Assembly (NCBI GenBank): GCA_910586205.1
Contig: CAJUGD010000014.1
Location: 22,900 to 86,899 of the forward strand
Reading direction: 5' to 3'
From: an uncultured Lachnospiraceae bacterium
GTDB lineage: Bacteria; Bacillota; Clostridia; Lachnospirales; Lachnospiraceae
Length of the DNA stretch: 64,000 nucleotides
Shown here: positions 28,391 through 38,478 of the stretch, one piece after another
How the letters are laid out: every line of letters begins with the position of its first letter
Position numbering within the stretch: the stretch's first letter is position 1
The notes under the pieces: model-generated
The model's database searches: none
Told to the model about the DNA's origin: nothing
What the model saw: only the letters and a program-made list of their open reading frames with translations
Program-made: the position numbers and the translations under genes

Positions 28391-31300
28391 AGATGGCAGA
28401 GTTTGATTGGCAGTCCAGAATGAAGATTACAGAGCAGAGAGCCAAGGAGTTAAAAAATAGAATCCGGGGGCTTTCCGGGATGGAAGGGCAGCTTGCGCTG
28501 GATCTGAAAGATAACCGGATAGCAGGAAATGAGATTCTGGATAAGATTATCCGTGAGTATGAATATTCAAAGGACAGAAAGCCTTCTTTGTGGTTTACTT
28601 CTGGCAGGAGAAGGGAATTTTTGGATGGATTTGTTCCCAAGGAATTTCAGGAGTCCTACCTTTACGTGATTGATAAGATGAATCGGTTTCCGTTTCCCCG
28701 GGGATGGAGCAGAAGGAGTATCCGGACAGCAGGATATGGGCCTCAGATCCGGCAGGTATTTTCACTGCTTTTGACTTATGAGAATCTTTTTTACTTAGAG
28801 GGAAGACTGGAGGATTATATCTTAAAACGGCTTGATCAGGAGAAGCTGGATTATGTGAGGAATGTCTGGAATTTTAATATGAATTTCAGCTATATCTATG
28901 CAGCGGAGATTGACCGGGGAAATCAGGCGGTGATCAAGGCATTTAAGGATCTGATCTTAAGCGAGAATAATACGGCTTATCTGGATCGGGAGATGATTCT
29001 TGGGATCATACGGTCTGACAATGAGGAATTACAGGAGCTTTTGTGCGGACTTCTTTTGGCGGCGCGGCTGCAGGAGGGGCTTAGGCAGGCAATCTGTGAG
29101 GCTATGGACGAGGGAACCTGTGAGGCGTTTATAAAGCTTTTCCAGGTGGTGGAGGAGCATGACCTGATCCGCTATTCTTCGGTAAAGCGGGCAGTATCTG
29201 CCTGGATCGGGATTTTTGACGAGAATAGTGTGGATCGGATCAGCGGAAAGCTTCTGGCATTAATGGGACGGTGCCTTCGGGACGAGACATTTTGCCGGTC
29301 AGAGCTTGAAAGCAATGATTCCATAGCTATCAGTACAGCTCTGTGGGCATTGGGATTTTATGAGGTGGAGGATGCGGTTCATGCCATGGAGGCGCTGGTG
29401 GATACAGGGACTAAGAACCAAAGGCTGACGGCAGCATTTTATAACGGAACCCTTTATGACCGGGAGATTCGTTTAAAGACAGCAAAGAAGGTGATTTTGG
29501 AACAGGAGGATATGGAACTGTCAGCGGCATTTATGCCTGCTTTTGACGAGTGGCTGTCAGGGCCTTTTGGCGCTCTTTGGAAGGCGTTTGGCGGGGAGCG
29601 TTATGTGAGCAAGCTAAAACCGGTTCAGGCAGTGCCAGTAACGGATTATTATGAAAGCCGGCAGGAGGCAGAAAGGTTTTATGAGTGTTTTGTGAAGCTT
29701 TATAAGGAACTGCCCAAAAAGGGAGTGGTGTATGATCCTTGTATTTTCCCCTGGTATCGGGTGGAACTGACGCCGGGACAGATCGTAGAACAGCTTGCGT
29801 TTCTTGCTTTTGTGCTGAGGGATGAGGAAAAGATTACTTATGCGGCAGGGCTTTTGGGGGATACATCAGGAGGATATGGCCGCCGGAGCACCCTTGTGAA
29901 TCTGCTTTTATATAAGCCGGAGAATAAAAAGCAGCGTGAGCTGCTGATCGGATATATGGGAAGCGCGGATGCCCAGACATCCTCCAGGGCAGTTGAGATG
30001 GTAAAGGGGATGACGCTTGAGGATGAAGAATACCGGCTTTTGGAGGACATGCTTCGGTTTAAGAGAAGCAGCTTAAGAGGGGTTTTGATCGGACTTTTGA
30101 TGGGGCAGAAAAAGCCGCATATGAAAATGTCTCTGAAACGGCTTTTGCAGGATAAGAAGGAGGAAAAGAGAAGCGCCGGGCTGGATATCCTGCTGCGGCT
30201 TTCTAAGGAGGAAAGGGAGAAGGACTTTTTCCGGGAGGTAAGGGACATGTCATGCCTGGTGGAAAAGCCTACGGATAAAGAAAGAATCCTGATTGATGAG
30301 ATTTTAGAAAGTGAGAAGGAGACAGCAGAGGATAAACCGGGGTATGGGATTTATGATCCTGCCGTGCCGGAGACAATGCTGACTGCAGCAGAGGAGGAGG
30401 AGTATTCTCCTGCCGCGCTGTTTCGGGAGTGTATGCCCCTTTCGGAAAAAGAGGCGATCCAAAAACTTAGAAGGCTGGACCAGCTTTTTGAGGAATATAA
30501 GGATTATGAATATCTTTCTTCAGACGGTCAGACCACCCTTTTAGGCAATGGGTATAAGCCTTTAAAGGATGCAGGGGAGTTTTGGAAAAAGTCTTTAGAG
30601 GAGCGGTTTGTTCTGGAAAATTATCCCTTGGCAGAGGTTTTTGAACGATTTTACCGGGAAGAGATCCAGGATTACCGGGTGTTTTTGGAGCTGGATGCTC
30701 TGCTGTCCTTTGGAGGATCCGCTTCTTATGAGGCGGCAAGGGTGTTCTATGAGGCTGTGTTTGGATGTATGCCGGTAAAGCCGGAGGCGTTAAGGTTAAA
30801 CCATAGGGGGCAGGTGGACCAGGTGCGTCAGGTGTACCGGTATCAGTTCCTGGACAGAAAAGCGATTTTTGAGACTGGCCTTAAGATGGTTTCTGCCATG
30901 ACCCGGGTGATTGGCAGGGAGAATAAAATCCTGCGTTATCCCTACACGGGCTGGAACGGGACGGTCAGCGAGTCTGCCAGGTGGATCAGCAGTATGCCGT
31001 TCTTTTTCCCGTACATGGAGGGAATCCGTCAATGGGAGACAGACGAGGAGTTTGCCCGTGCTTTACAGGCAGCGTGGCGTCTGGAGGTAAAATGCCAGGA
31101 GGACAGAGAGAGAAGAAGGTTCATACCTTCCGGAAATAATCCCGGCAGGGACAATTCCCTGACGCCTATTGTGCCCTACTGGTTTTTAAAGGCTTATCAC
31201 ATGGGGCTGGTGTCAGAGGATGTTCTCTATAAGGCAGTGATGGAGTATTTTGCCAGAGAAGATTGTCTGAAGGTGCTGTGTGAAGTGAAGAAGGGGGAGG

Positions 31301-33549
31301 CTGTAAAGAGCCAGAACCGGCGGTGTCTGAGTGGATTTTTCGGATGGGATCTGACCAACAGGATCTATGAGGAGGGAGAAGCCTTTTTCGGGGAGGATAC
31401 TTGGCTTGGAAGCCTGATCCGGGAAATGTATGACCGGATTGTGCCTGTACTGGCGGACATGGAGCTGCGCAGGGGAGAGGCAGAGACAGATGTGTCCTGG
31501 GATGTAAGAGGGATCACTTATATTCGGGGAATCTCTTACCTGGTTCGGATTCTTATGGCTTTGGGAAAGGACACACTGGGACGGGAGACCTATTATTCCT
31601 GGTATTACGGCAGCAATGATCGATCCAAGAGACAGGTCTTAAGCGGCTTTTTAAAGGCATCTTACCCGGCGGACGGGGAGACAGGCAAGGATCTGAAAAA
31701 GGCTCTGAAGAATACCAGCATTAAGGAGGCCAGGCTGGTGGAGGCAGCCATGTATGCGCCTCAGTGGATTGATGTGATTCAAGATTATCTGGGCTGGGCG
31801 GGTCTTAAGAGCGGGTGCTATTATTTTATGGCTCATATGAATGAGCGGTTTGACGATCAGAAAGCAGCCATAATTGCCAAGTATACGCCGCTGACTCCGG
31901 AGGAGCTGCAGGACGGAGCTTTTGACGTGACATGGTTTGAGGAGGCATACAATCTTTTAGGGGAGAAGAATTTCGGAGTGCTCTATGATGGGGCAAAATA
32001 CATATCAGACGGCCAGAAGCATTCACGGGCAAGAAAGTATGCGGACGCAGCAACGGGAAAAGTGACAACCGACATGCTCAGGCAGGAGATCACGGCAAAG
32101 AGGAATAAGGATCTGCTGATGAGCTATGGCCTGGTTCCTTTCCGAAAGGACCGGGAACAGGATATGCAGGAGCGGTATCAGTTTATCCAGCAGTTCCTTA
32201 AGGAGAGCCGGCAGTTCGGCGCCCAGAGACGGGCCAGTGAGGCCAAGGCGGTTTCCCTGGCTCTGGTAAACCTAAGCGTCCGGGCCGGATACAGAGATGT
32301 GACGCGGCTGACCTTAAACATGGAGTCAAGACTGGCAGAATCCTTTAACAGCTTTATGGAATGGAATCCAGTGGAGGATGTGGAAATCTGCCTTCAGGTG
32401 GGAGAGGACGGAAAGAGCAGGATCTTATGCAGAAAGGATGGGAAAATGCTGAAGTCCGTGCCGTCCCGGCTTGGGAAGAAGCCTTATTTGCTGGAGGTGA
32501 AGGAGGCCCATAAGAGGCTGAAGGATCAGTATGTAAGAACCAGAGCCATGATGGAGGAGGCAATGGAGGACGGAACCGGATTTCAGGTATGTGAGGTTAT
32601 GGAGCTTTTAAAGAATCCGGTGGTGCGCCCAATCTTAGAGCCTTTGGTGTATGTGAGCGAAGGGGGAATCGGCTTTTGGCAGCAGGAGAAGGATCGCTTT
32701 GGCTTAAAGACCTTTGACGGCAGGCATGTGGCTCTGACACCGGGAGAGGAGATACGCATTGCCCATCCTCTGGATCTGTATCGGGAGGGAACCTGGCATG
32801 AGTATCAGAAATATTTGTTTGATCACGAGGTACAGCAGCCCTTTAAGCAGGTATTTCGGGAGCTGTATGTAAAGCTTACGGAGGAGCTTGGCCAGAAGGC
32901 GTCCAGAATGTTTGCCGGGAATCAGATTCAGCCGGCCAAGACCGTGGGCTGCCTGCGGGGAAGGCGCTGGGTGGCAGACTATGAAGACGGACTGCAGAAA
33001 ATATATTATAAAGAAAATATTATTGCGCGGATTTATGCTATGGCAGACTGGTTTTCTCCCAGTGAGATTGAGGCGCCTGCTTTGGAGTGGGTGGAATTTT
33101 CCGACAGAAAGACCTTTAAGGCCCTGACTATAGAGGAGGTGCCGGATCTGATCTACAGCGAGGTCATGCGGGATGTGGATCTGGCGGTGAGCGTGGCCCA
33201 TGCAGGAGGTGTGGATCCGGAGACCAGCCACTCTACCATTGAGATGCGCCGGGCTATTGTGGAGTTTAACCTGGATCTGTTTGGCATTCAGAATGTGGAG
33301 CTGACCGGAAGCCATGCGTTGATCAGAGGAAGCCGGGCAGTGTACAATGTGCATTTAGGAAGCGGTGTGATCCACCAGGAGGGCGGCGCTATGCTGAACA
33401 TTCTTCCGGTTCACAGCCAGAAACGGGGCAAACTGTTTTTGCCCTTTGTTGATGAGGATCCGAAAACAGCAGAGATTATGTCCAAGATTGTACTGCTGGC
33501 AGAGGACAAAAAGATTAAAGATCCCTTTATTTTAGATCAGATTCATTGA
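28384..33549 (+). CDS. Giant 1721-aa cytoplasmic protein of unknown function. The C-terminal region resembles the DUF4132 (MolR-like) family
   Basis: 5.2-kb uninterrupted ORF with normal composition. No signal peptide, TM segment or Walker motif seen. Helical-repeat-like N-terminal two thirds. C-terminal ...QPFKQVFRELY... and ...YNVHLGSGVIHQ...LFLPFVDEDP... recalled as DUF4132-type. This is unverified. Confidence 0.8.
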   Translation: MVKMAEFDWQSRMKITEQRAKELKNRIRGLSGMEGQLALDLKDNRIAGNEILDKIIREYEYSKDRKPSLWFTSGRRREFLDGFVPKEFQESYLYVIDKMNRFPFPRGWSRRSIRTAGYGPQIRQVFSLLLTYENLFYLEGRLEDYILKRLDQEKLDYVRNVWNFNMNFSYIYAAEIDRGNQAVIKAFKDLILSENNTAYLDREMILGIIRSDNEELQELLCGLLLAARLQEGLRQAICEAMDEGTCEAFIKLFQVVEEHDLIRYSSVKRAVSAWIGIFDENSVDRISGKLLALMGRCLRDETFCRSELESNDSIAISTALWALGFYEVEDAVHAMEALVDTGTKNQRLTAAFYNGTLYDREIRLKTAKKVILEQEDMELSAAFMPAFDEWLSGPFGALWKAFGGERYVSKLKPVQAVPVTDYYESRQEAERFYECFVKLYKELPKKGVVYDPCIFPWYRVELTPGQIVEQLAFLAFVLRDEEKITYAAGLLGDTSGGYGRRSTLVNLLLYKPENKKQRELLIGYMGSADAQTSSRAVEMVKGMTLEDEEYRLLEDMLRFKRSSLRGVLIGLLMGQKKPHMKMSLKRLLQDKKEEKRSAGLDILLRLSKEEREKDFFREVRDMSCLVEKPTDKERILIDEILESEKETAEDKPGYGIYDPAVPETMLTAAEEEEYSPAALFRECMPLSEKEAIQKLRRLDQLFEEYKDYEYLSSDGQTTLLGNGYKPLKDAGEFWKKSLEERFVLENYPLAEVFERFYREEIQDYRVFLELDALLSFGGSASYEAARVFYEAVFGCMPVKPEALRLNHRGQVDQVRQVYRYQFLDRKAIFETGLKMVSAMTRVIGRENKILRYPYTGWNGTVSESARWISSMPFFFPYMEGIRQWETDEEFARALQAAWRLEVKCQEDRERRRFIPSGNNPGRDNSLTPIVPYWFLKAYHMGLVSEDVLYKAVMEYFAREDCLKVLCEVKKGEAVKSQNRRCLSGFFGWDLTNRIYEEGEAFFGEDTWLGSLIREMYDRIVPVLADMELRRGEAETDVSWDVRGITYIRGISYLVRILMALGKDTLGRETYYSWYYGSNDRSKRQVLSGFLKASYPADGETGKDLKKALKNTSIKEARLVEAAMYAPQWIDVIQDYLGWAGLKSGCYYFMAHMNERFDDQKAAIIAKYTPLTPEELQDGAFDVTWFEEAYNLLGEKNFGVLYDGAKYISDGQKHSRARKYADAATGKVTTDMLRQEITAKRNKDLLMSYGLVPFRKDREQDMQERYQFIQQFLKESRQFGAQRRASEAKAVSLALVNLSVRAGYRDVTRLTLNMESRLAESFNSFMEWNPVEDVEICLQVGEDGKSRILCRKDGKMLKSVPSRLGKKPYLLEVKEAHKRLKDQYVRTRAMMEEAMEDGTGFQVCEVMELLKNPVVRPILEPLVYVSEGGIGFWQQEKDRFGLKTFDGRHVALTPGEEIRIAHPLDLYREGTWHEYQKYLFDHEVQQPFKQVFRELYVKLTEELGQKASRMFAGNQIQPAKTVGCLRGRRWVADYEDGLQKIYYKENIIARIYAMADWFSPSEIEAPALEWVEFSDRKTFKALTIEEVPDLIYSEVMRDVDLAVSVAHAGGVDPETSHSTIEMRRAIVEFNLDLFGIQNVELTGSHALIRGSRAVYNVHLGSGVIHQEGGAMLNILPVHSQKRGKLFLPFVDEDPKTAEIMSKIVLLAEDKKIKDPFILDQIH

Positions 33550-33733
33550 TTGTTTTATTTCGATTTATACCATTGGTTTTTTGTATTCAATCAGATTTTT
33601 TTGTGGAAATGTTTTAAAATTGATGGTATAATAGGAAAGCACAGTGATGTGTGCAGGTCAGCGCCTTAACGGATGACGACTTGCTGCCGAACAGATGTGA
33701 GGGGCATAACCTTAAAACGAGGAGGATTTCCTA

Positions 33734-34660
33734 ATGAGATTAGTAACACGTTCAGATTTTGACGGGCTGGTGTGCGGAGCGTTGTTGTTGGAAGCAGGAA
33801 TTATTGACCATTGGAAGTTTGCACATCCCAAGGATCTGCAGGATGGCCTTGTGGAGATTCATGAAGATGATTGTTTGGCCAATGTACCTTTTGTAGAGGG
33901 GTGCGGCTTGTGGTTTGATCACCATTCCAGTGAGCATGAAAGGCTGGAACTTGAGGGAAAATATAAGGGAGAGAGCCGGATTTCTCCGTCATGTGCAAGG
34001 ATTATTTATGAGTACTACGGCGGAAAAGAGCGTTTCCCGCAGTTTGGGGAGATTATGGAGGCTGTGGACAAGGTAGATTCCGGAAACCTGACGATTGATG
34101 AGGTAATGAATCCTTCCGGGTGGATTTTGATTGGATTTTTGATGGATCCCAGAACCGGACTTGGCCGGTGGAGACAGTTTTCCATTTCCAATTATCAGTT
34201 GATGGAAAAGCTTCTGGAAGCATGCCGTGTTTTGAGTACAGAAGAAATCCTTGCCCTGCCGGATATGCAGGAGAGGATTGACGTTTATTATGATCAGACA
34301 GAGAAGTTTAAGGAGATGGTTTCTAAGTATACCCGGACAGAGGGGAATGTGATCATTACCGATCTGCGGGGCGTGGATCCTATCTATACGGGGAACCGGT
34401 TTATGATCTACAGCATGTATCCGGAACAGAATGTGTCGGCATGGGTAGTCAGCGGCCGGGGCGGTCATGGGTGTTCGGCGGCTGTAGGCTACAGCATTTT
34501 GAACCGCACGGCTACGCTGGATGTGGGCAGTTTGATGTTAAAGTACAATGGCGGAGGACACCGGAAGGTGGGCACCTGCCAGTTTAGTGATGAGAATATG
34601 GATGCAGAGCTGCCAAAGATGCTGAAGGAGCTTTGTGAGCTGGCCAATCAGAAGGCGTAA
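33734..34660 (+). CDS. DHH-family phosphoesterase (exopolyphosphatase-like)
   Basis: 308 aa. Motif I ...RSDFDGLV.... DHH motif ...LWFDHHSSE.... C-terminal ...GGGHRKVGTCQF... Confidence 0.7.
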   Translation: MRLVTRSDFDGLVCGALLLEAGIIDHWKFAHPKDLQDGLVEIHEDDCLANVPFVEGCGLWFDHHSSEHERLELEGKYKGESRISPSCARIIYEYYGGKERFPQFGEIMEAVDKVDSGNLTIDEVMNPSGWILIGFLMDPRTGLGRWRQFSISNYQLMEKLLEACRVLSTEEILALPDMQERIDVYYDQTEKFKEMVSKYTRTEGNVIITDLRGVDPIYTGNRFMIYSMYPEQNVSAWVVSGRGGHGCSAAVGYSILNRTATLDVGSLMLKYNGGGHRKVGTCQFSDENMDAELPKMLKELCELANQKA

Positions 34661-34794
34661 GGCAAGCTTTTATAAGGAAATGAGCAGGAAGCGCTGTGGA
34701 GCTGAGGGAGTTTCACGGCGCTTTCAGTAATACAGACGTTGACATACAGACAGGAAAATATAGGGACTGTCTGCCGGAAGGCAGGGAGATGGGG

Positions 34795-34880
34795 GAAAGG
34801 ACGAGAGCAGCCAGGGCTGACCGGATGATTAGAAAGGACGAGAGCAGTCAGGGCTGACAGGACGATTAGAAAGGGACAAG
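34795..34880 (+). repeat. 2.3 copies of a 37-bp tandem repeat abutting the purE start codon
   Basis: GAAAGGACGAGAGCAGCCAGGGCTGACCGGATGATTA, then GAAAGGACGAGAGCAGTCAGGGCTGACAGGACGATTA, then GAAAGGGACAAG. Three substitutions separate the two full units. Confidence 0.85.
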
Positions 34881-34883
34881 ATT

Positions 34884-35396
34884 ATGGCTAAGGTTGGAAT
34901 TGTAATGGGCAGTGATTCAGATATGTTGGTGATGGCAAAGGCAGCGGAGATTTTGGATCACTTTGGGATTGAATATGAGATGACGATTATTTCTGCACAT
35001 AGGGAGCCGGATATTTTCTTTCAGTGGGCAAAGGCGGCTGAGGGGAAAGGGATCAAGGTGATTATTGCAGGGGCAGGGAAGGCGGCTCATCTTCCGGGAA
35101 TGTGCGCGGCTATTTTTCCCATGCCGGTAATCGGGATTCCCATGAAGACCTCTGATTTGGGGGGAGTGGATTCTCTGTATTCCATAGTGCAGATGCCTTC
35201 GGGGATTCCGGTGGCTACTGTGGCCATTAACGGCGGCGCGAATGCAGGGATTCTGGCGGCAAAAATGCTTGCCGTGTCAGACAGTGAGCTTTTGGAAAAA
35301 GTCAAGGCATATGCAGAGTCCTTAAAGGGCGATGTGGTGAAAAAGGCCGAAAAGCTGGAGAGTATAGGGTATAAGGAATATTTGGCGCAGATGTAA
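34884..35396 (+). CDS. purE: N5-carboxyaminoimidazole ribonucleotide mutase PurE
   Basis: 170 aa. ...VGIVMGSDSDM...IISAHREP...IIAGAGKAAHLPGM...PVIGIP... Confidence 0.95.
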   Translation: MAKVGIVMGSDSDMLVMAKAAEILDHFGIEYEMTIISAHREPDIFFQWAKAAEGKGIKVIIAGAGKAAHLPGMCAAIFPMPVIGIPMKTSDLGGVDSLYSIVQMPSGIPVATVAINGGANAGILAAKMLAVSDSELLEKVKAYAESLKGDVVKKAEKLESIGYKEYLAQM

Positions 35397-35495
35397 GAAA
35401 GAATCATGGCTGAAAGAATGTGGGAATGGAGCAGGGGAGAGCAGACAATACAGGAAAATTTCGGGAACATATTGGGAACAACAGGAGGAAGACAT

Positions 35496-36527
35496 ATGGA
35501 TTATAAGAAGGCGGGAGTGGATATTGAGGCAGGCTATCAGTCCGTGGAGCTGATGAAAGAGCACGTGAAAAGGACAATGCGGGAGGAAGTGTTAGGAGGT
35601 CTGGGAGGATTTTCCGGAGCATTTTCTTTGGCAAAGATCAAGGAGATGGAGGAACCGGTGCTTTTGTCCGGCACAGATGGCTGCGGAACCAAGGTAAAGC
35701 TGGCCATTATTATGGATAAGCACGATACCATTGGGATTGACGCGGTGGCCATGTGTGTCAATGACATTGCCTGCGCAGGAGGGGAGCCTTTGTTTTTTCT
35801 GGATTATATTGCCTGCGGAAAGAATTATCCGGAAAAGATCGCGGATATTGTCAAAGGGGTTGCGGAAGGGTGCCTTCAGTCAGAGGCATCGCTGATCGGC
35901 GGCGAGACGGCAGAGCATCCGGGACTGATGCCGGAGGAGGATTATGATTTGGCAGGATTTGCCGTGGGAGTCTGTGATAAGAAGGATATGATCACAGGGG
36001 AGAATCTGACTCCTGGGGATGTGCTGATCGGGATGGCGTCCTCAGGTGTTCACAGCAATGGTTTTTCCCTGGTCAGGAAGGTGTTTGAGAAGGAGCTTAC
36101 AAGGGAAGGGCTGGGAACCTGGTATGAGGAACTGGGGAGGACACTGGGAGAAACCCTTCTTGCCCCTACCCGGATCTATGTAAAGGCATTGAAGGGTATA
36201 AAAAGCGCTGGTGTGACGGTAAAAGGGTGCTGTCATATTACAGGCGGCGGGTTCTATGAGAATGTTCCCAGGATGCTGAGAGAAGGAACCCGTGCAGTGA
36301 TTCGAAAGGACAGCTATCCGGTGCCGGCCATTTTCGATTTGCTGGCCAAAAAGGGGGAGATAGAGCCGGCCATGATGTATAATACCTTTAATATGGGCAT
36401 TGGCATGATCGTGGCTGTGGATCCAAAGGATGCAGAAAAGGCAATGGACGCCATGAAGGCCGCAGGGGAAACCCCTTATACTGTAGGTTCTGTGGAGGCG
36501 GGAGAAAAGGGAGTGACCTTATGCTGA
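35496..36527 (+). CDS. purM: Phosphoribosylformylglycinamidine cyclo-ligase (AIR synthetase) PurM
   Basis: MDYKKAGVDIEAGY... start behind RBS ACAGGAGGAAG. ...SGTDGCGTKVKLA...DAVAMCVNDI.... Confidence 0.95.
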   Translation: MDYKKAGVDIEAGYQSVELMKEHVKRTMREEVLGGLGGFSGAFSLAKIKEMEEPVLLSGTDGCGTKVKLAIIMDKHDTIGIDAVAMCVNDIACAGGEPLFFLDYIACGKNYPEKIADIVKGVAEGCLQSEASLIGGETAEHPGLMPEEDYDLAGFAVGVCDKKDMITGENLTPGDVLIGMASSGVHSNGFSLVRKVFEKELTREGLGTWYEELGRTLGETLLAPTRIYVKALKGIKSAGVTVKGCCHITGGGFYENVPRMLREGTRAVIRKDSYPVPAIFDLLAKKGEIEPAMMYNTFNMGIGMIVAVDPKDAEKAMDAMKAAGETPYTVGSVEAGEKGVTLC

Positions 36528-37114
36528 AGACAGGGGTGATGGTTTCCGGAGGGGGAACCAACCTGCAGGCCATATTGGATGCCATAGATGCAGGAAGGAT
36601 TACGAATGCCAGGATTGACGTGGTGATCAGCAACAATTCGGGGGCATATGCTTTAGAGCGGGCAAGAGAGCACGGGATTGAAGCAGTCTGCCTGTCCCCG
36701 AAGGATTTTTCCAATCGGGCGGAGTTTGAGCAGGCGTTTCTTCAGAAGGTAGATTCTTATGGGCTGGATCTGATTGTGCTGGCAGGATTTCTGGTAAGGA
36801 TTCCGGAGGAGATGGTGAAGCGATATGAGGGGCGGATCATTAATGTCCATCCGTCTCTGATCCCGTCTTTTTGCGGTGTGGGTTATTATGGACTGAAGGT
36901 TCATGAGGCGGCTCTGGCAAGAGGGGTGAAAGTAACCGGGGCTACGGTGCATTATGTGGATGGAGGGATGGATACAGGCCCCATTCTTTTACAGAAGGCG
37001 GTAGAGGTAAAGGAGGATGACACGCCGAAGACTTTGCAGAAACGGGTGATGGAGGAGGCGGAATGGGTGATTCTGCCAGAGGCCATTAACCGGATTGCCA
37101 ATGCACGAAGATAA
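36521..37114 (+). CDS. purN: Phosphoribosylglycinamide formyltransferase PurN
   Basis: 197 aa. ...VMVSGGGTNLQAILDA..., ...INVHPSLIPSFCG..., ...TGATVHYVDGGMDTGPIL... Confidence 0.9.
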   Translation: MLKTGVMVSGGGTNLQAILDAIDAGRITNARIDVVISNNSGAYALERAREHGIEAVCLSPKDFSNRAEFEQAFLQKVDSYGLDLIVLAGFLVRIPEEMVKRYEGRIINVHPSLIPSFCGVGYYGLKVHEAALARGVKVTGATVHYVDGGMDTGPILLQKAVEVKEDDTPKTLQKRVMEEAEWVILPEAINRIANARR

Positions 37115-37164
37115 GGAGATGTGCAGAAAGAACTTTCACAGCAGAAAGAAGGGAGGAACGCAGA

Positions 37165-38439
37165 ATGAGAGTTTTGATTGTGGGCGGAGGCGGCCGGGAA
37201 CATGGGATTGCGTGGAAGCTGGCCAAGAGCCCGAAGGTAGAGAAGCTCTACTGTGCACCGGGCAATGCGGGCATTGCCGAGGTGGCAGAGTGTGTCAATA
37301 TTGGGGTGATGGAGTTTGAAAGCCTGGTAGCGTTTGCAAAGGAGAAAAGGATTGATTTGACGGTTGTAGCGCCGGATGATCCGCTGGCAGCAGGGGCAGT
37401 GGATGCTTTTGAGGCAGCAGGACTCCGGGCCTTCGGACCACGTAAAAATGCGGCGGTTTTAGAAGGGTCTAAGGCATTTTCCAAGGATCTGATGAAGAAA
37501 TATGGGATCCCTACAGCAGCCTATGAGACTTTTGATTCAGCAGATAAGGCGCTTTCATATCTTGAGACGGCAGATATGCCGATTGTTCTGAAGGCAGACG
37601 GTCTGGCTCTGGGCAAAGGGGTGCTGATCTGCAGTACTTTGGAGGAGGCAAAGGCCGGGGTCAGATCCTTGATGCTGGATAAGCAGTTTGGTTCTGCCGG
37701 AAACCGTATTGTGATTGAGGAATTTATGACAGGCAGGGAGGTTTCTGTGCTTTCATTTGTGGATGGCAGGACAATCCGCATTATGACCTCTGCCCAGGAT
37801 CATAAGCGGGCAAAGGATGGGGATAAGGGACTGAATACAGGCGGTATGGGTACATTTTCTCCCAGCCCGTTTTACACAGACGAGATTCATGCTTTCTGTC
37901 AGGAGCATATTTACCAGCCTACGGTGGATGCCATGAGAGCGGAAGGAAGGGAGTTTAAGGGGGTTATTTTCTTTGGCCTGATGCTGACAGAAAAGGGACC
38001 GCGGGTGTTAGAGTACAATGCCCGGTTCGGGGACCCGGAGACCCAGGTGGTGCTTCCCCGGATGAAAAATGATCTTGTGGATGTGTTTGAGGCATGCATT
38101 GACGAAACGCTTGACCAGGTGGAGCTGGAGTTTGAGGATAATGCGGCCGTGTGTGTGGTGCTGGCGTCAGAGGGCTATCCGGAACACTATGAAAAGGGAT
38201 ATAAGATCTCCGGTCTGGAGAAATTTGCCGGCGCAGACGGATATTATGTTTTCCACGCAGGTACAAAGTTTAATGAAAACGGGGATGTGATTACCAACGG
38301 AGGGCGGGTATTAGGAGTGACTGCATTAGGCAGCAGCCTTGCAGCAGCCCGCGCAAATGCTTATAAGGCGGCAGAATGGGTGCAGTTTGAGAACCAATAT
38401 ATGCGCAGGGACATCGGGAAAGCAATCGATGAAGCATAG
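37165..38439 (+). CDS. purD: Phosphoribosylamine-glycine ligase PurD
   Basis: 424 aa. MRVLIVGGGGREHGIAWKL... and an ATP-grasp core ...VLEYNARFGDPETQ... Confidence 0.95.
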   Translation: MRVLIVGGGGREHGIAWKLAKSPKVEKLYCAPGNAGIAEVAECVNIGVMEFESLVAFAKEKRIDLTVVAPDDPLAAGAVDAFEAAGLRAFGPRKNAAVLEGSKAFSKDLMKKYGIPTAAYETFDSADKALSYLETADMPIVLKADGLALGKGVLICSTLEEAKAGVRSLMLDKQFGSAGNRIVIEEFMTGREVSVLSFVDGRTIRIMTSAQDHKRAKDGDKGLNTGGMGTFSPSPFYTDEIHAFCQEHIYQPTVDAMRAEGREFKGVIFFGLMLTEKGPRVLEYNARFGDPETQVVLPRMKNDLVDVFEACIDETLDQVELEFEDNAAVCVVLASEGYPEHYEKGYKISGLEKFAGADGYYVFHAGTKFNENGDVITNGGRVLGVTALGSSLAAARANAYKAAEWVQFENQYMRRDIGKAIDEA

Positions 38440-38478
38440 GTTTTGGATGATAGATGAGTAAAAAGGAGATGTAACGGT

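Noticed and set aside
34661-34883. Purine or ZTP riboswitch expected upstream of purE
   Set aside because: I looked for the conserved guanine/adenine-riboswitch blocks (UAUA...GGAUAUGG...GUUUCUACC...CCGUAAAU...GACUAUG) and the ZTP pseudoknot sequence CCGCCUGGG and found none. This needs a covariance-model scan to be certain.
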